Shown: piece by piece, positions 30,901 to 33,810 of the stretch
Position numbering within the stretch: the stretch's first letter is position 1
How the letters are laid out: each line of letters begins with the position of its first letter
NCBI GenBank assembly: GCA_009602725.1
Contig: WELB01000024.1
Span: forward strand, 210,434-244,243
Direction of reading: 5' to 3'
DNA: 33,810 bases
Source of the DNA: Spirogloea muscicola
Taxonomy: Eukaryota
Made by a program: the position numbers and the translations under genes
The notes under the pieces: model-generated
The model's input: only the letters and a program-made list of their open reading frames with translations
Databases searched by the model: none
Told to the model about the DNA's origin: nothing

Positions 30901-33810
30901 CAAGAATTGCCTGGATCTTAGTGGAGCAGGCAGCCAGAGAAAGCTTGCCGCGTCAGTTGCCTGATATGCGGTGGGGTGGAGCCGGGGGCTTGACGTGGGT
31001 ATGTATGGTGCCAATGCACGCAGCTTCTGAAGGCTCGCAAAGTGGAACACCCACCTGCAGGATGCCATGCGGCAGCCCAGATAGCAGAAGGTCACCTGCT
31101 GCAGCAAGTGCTGCAATATGACCCTCTGCCAGCTAGCCATCCCTCTCTGCATGCCCGTGTCATCATCAAGAGTGTGCAGTCATGGCAGAGGGGCACCTTT
31201 CCCAAGCTGGCGCCGACCCCTGGAGGAGCTTAGGACATAGTTCTGCAGCTTCCTCGTATTTGCCTTCGTGCAGCAGATGATCTAGATACTTGGTCCTCAC
31301 CTGCTCCATGGGCAGGGACCTCCAAGATGGTAAGCAAAATGCAAGAGGCAAGTGAGCAAGCCATGGCAGTGCCGCAAACTTGATAGGCCAGGCAAGCTGA
31401 GGCCTCACTTGGGAACTCTAACAGGTGACAATTGCAAGGCGCCACCAATGAAAGAACACAAACTAAATTCAATCAATGACTGCCGCCCTTGCACCAGAGA
31501 GCCAAAGCCCAAGGGGCCCTGCCCTTCTTGGCTGTTGGGGGCCTAGAGGACAGTCTTAATGTGCGGGCACCGCACCGCAGCCTAGCATGCGTGGCACAAC
31601 CTCATCGAGAAGCTGTGGTGAGAGGTTGGCAGCCTCAGCGGCCTCCAGTGCATGTGCATGATGCTCGTGCTGCAGCAACCACAGCACATGGTCCTCTGCA
31701 TCTCGAGGCTTCGCCAGCACAACATCCTGGGGAGCTGCCATGTAGTAGAGGGGCTCGTCCCCCGCCGTCCACCGCCCCCCCTTGCCGCTGCTGTCTATCA
31801 GCAACATGAAGTGCAGCAGGTGCTGTGCACCTTGCTCAGAATGGGTCTACTCTATGCTGGCCACAAGCAGGATAAGACACGGTCCATTTGCCAAGGCCTT
31901 CCTTGAACGCGTGAAAGCAGCAGGCCGTGACCACAAGGCAAGAGTCTGTGCTGCACTGCTCCTGCAGGTGTGGCTTGCTCGCACGCCAGCAATCACTGGT
32001 TGCAACTGAAAGTGTGGTCTGACCAGAAAGAGGAGTGTGTGCCATGAGGTAGTCGCCTGGCCCGCAGCTCTGGTAGCCCTGCAGTGGAAGCTCCTCTACA
32101 GCCAGCTCGTCGCCAGCCCAAGTGACGACACGCGCCTCAGGAGGCCTGCTGCCCTGAGCAGGCTGACGACGGAGCACAGAAGCCAATGAGGCAACCTGCC
32201 CGGGTGCCCACATGGTTAAGGGACTAGGGGTTCAGGGTTTAGGAGCTAGGGGTTTAGGTTTTAGGAGCAGGAGCAGTCTCACAGAGAACCAACATGTCTC
32301 GTTCCACTTGTGCAAGAGGAAATGTCCAATAAGGTACCTTCGCGTCCTGGAAGCTGGCAGCTGTGCCGAGGATGACAAGTGCGTCCCCTCCATACGGAGC
32401 AAGGCCGCAGACCCAGCAGTCAAGCTTGGGAGGGGCTTGTAGCAGCCGCTTCCTGTGGCGCCACTGACACCTTGGGTGCACCGATACCAGAACGGAGCGT
32501 GCCGTCCTCGGCATTGCCTTTGGGCTTGGTCTGTTGCAGACTGGCGGGCGGCAGGCCCAGCGGCCCCAGCAGGCCTTGCAGAAGGCCATCCTCGGGCGCG
32601 AGGCTGCGGAGGACGGTAGCTCTCTGCAAAATGGGCCCCCAGCCCACCACCAGCACGAGGGCGCCCTGCCGGCCATACCGAAGTGCAGCAGCATCAGCAC
32701 CTCAGCAGCTTTGCCGCATCCTCAAGAGGCTCCCTCTTCCTCTCGCCCGCGAGCACAGTGAACCTTGTGTGTCCTGGAACCTAGGCCTTATAATCAATTG
32801 TGGAGCGTGAGCCGAGCTTGGATGGTTGTTGTGAGAGCGTAAAGGGGAAGAGAGGGAGGGAGAGTGGAGTGGTGTAGGTTGGTGGTGCACGGCCAGGCCA
32901 AGCTACCTGCCAGAGCAGGCAGGGACGCAGCAATGTGGTGGGCGGCGCGAGCTCGGGTCGTGGCAGGAAGGCCGTTTGCTGCTGCAGAGCCAGGTCGAGC
33001 ACGTGGACACCGGCGTCGGTGGCCCACGCCACCGCCCGGCCGTGCCAGGCGGCAGCGCGGATGGGGCCCTCGCGGCCGGCGGCGAGGACCGTGTCCCGGG
33101 GCCCCAGGCCCAGCCAGCGGCCGCGCGTGGACGTGGAGAGGAGGAGGCGGCCTGCGTCGCCGCCGGACACGAAGCGGCGCGCCGAGGGCGGCGCAACCGC
33201 GTACGCGGGGTCCAGCGCCACCGCGTGCACCGCGACGCCGAACTCGAAGCGCTCCTGCTGGGCACACAAGCGGCCGCCGGAGGACTCTGTTTTAGTCACA
33301 GCTTTCTGGCTTTTACTATCTCTACCGGTAATAGCAGGTGCTACGACTATGGTACTAACTATGGATGCTACTTTCTTTGGCGGCTGCGGCTCCTCGTTGA
33401 GACTGACTGGAAAGCGACGGAGCTGGAGCAGGGGGCCCAGCGGCAGCAGCAAGCGGCCCCAGCTGCGTGAGCAAGCAGCAGCGCCCAGCACTATGGCTGC
33501 CGGCAGGTTGAGCTCAGCCTAGCCTCTCGGAATCCTGAAAACTCTGGCACCTTAAACCCCGACCACTTGAACAGGAAACCCCTAGATTGTGAACCCTAGC
33601 TTCCAAATGGGGCCCAGCCCTCCCGCAGTCCCGGGCGCCCTGCGGCGGTGCTGTGGCGCTGCCCTCCCATCCCCCGGCATCACCTGGCCGTCGTCGGCGC
33701 CGTCGGCGAAGAGCGGCGTGACGAGCACGGAGCCGTCGGCGCCGGCGGAGGCCACGAACTCGCCGGCGGCGTCGAAGCAGGCGTCGGCGACGCGCGCGCC
33801 GCGGTGCGCG
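27984..33810 (-). CDS. VPS41: Vacuolar protein sorting 41 (HOPS subunit), 5'-partial
   Basis: WD40 region (FDAAGEFVASAGADGSV, AVALDP, EGPIRAAAW...VAWATDAGV, GLAPYG), EPLYYMAAPQDVVLAKPRDAEDHVLWLLQH, YLDHLL...CPKLL, LAPYIPT, clathrin repeat (LQVELYAEFD...LLPFLRSSHHYPLDKA...EQVYVLGRMGN...AIEFV...DEDLW) and C-terminal RING-H2 (CSIC...FYCSHSYHLTC...CHLC). Stop at 27986-27984. One junction near 32.43-32.5 kb was not resolved. Confidence 0.96.
32214..32265 (+). repeat. Degenerate plant-type telomere-like repeat (TTTAGGG) in a VPS41 intron
   Basis: ggttaagggactaggggttcagggtttaggagctaggggtttaggttttagg, about 7 imperfect units. Confidence 0.7.
33531..33599 (-). repeat. Highly degenerate telomere-like repeat (CCCTAAA on +) in a VPS41 intron
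   Basis: aatcctgaaaactct..ccttaaacccc..aaacccctag..gaaccctag. Confidence 0.4.

Overview
Eukaryotic, intron-rich, GC-rich nuclear DNA from a draft assembly (N joins at 5745, 15247-15303, 15604, 23775-23845). The gene content (LRR receptor kinase, PLATZ, a land-plant-type CPxPRR/GSPPxRxxNP protein) points to a streptophyte, probably an alga; this is inference. Genes in order: an unknown beta-strand-rich protein (+); a spliced, cyanobacterial-type N-acetylmuramoyl-L-alanine amidase-like domain with an intact H-E-H-E motif (+); a small plant-specific protein (-); an LRR-RLK with about 30 LRRs (-); ALG3 (+); a PLATZ transcription factor (-); VPS41 (-). Two intergenic blocks (~5.8-8.2 kb and ~22.1-26.5 kb) look at first like a degenerate ~75-bp repeat array. 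On translation they resolve into dense nests of 5'-truncated 3' ends of a restriction-like-endonuclease (CRE-like) non-LTR retrotransposon family, stacked head-to-tail and head-to-head. One copy is fused through a 7-nt microhomology to a 183-nt fragment of cytosolic LSU rRNA. The most interesting items are the self-nesting retroelement arrays with a conserved 3' hairpin, the rRNA-retroelement chimera, and the putative plastid peptidoglycan amidase. All gene models were built by eye; no searches were run.
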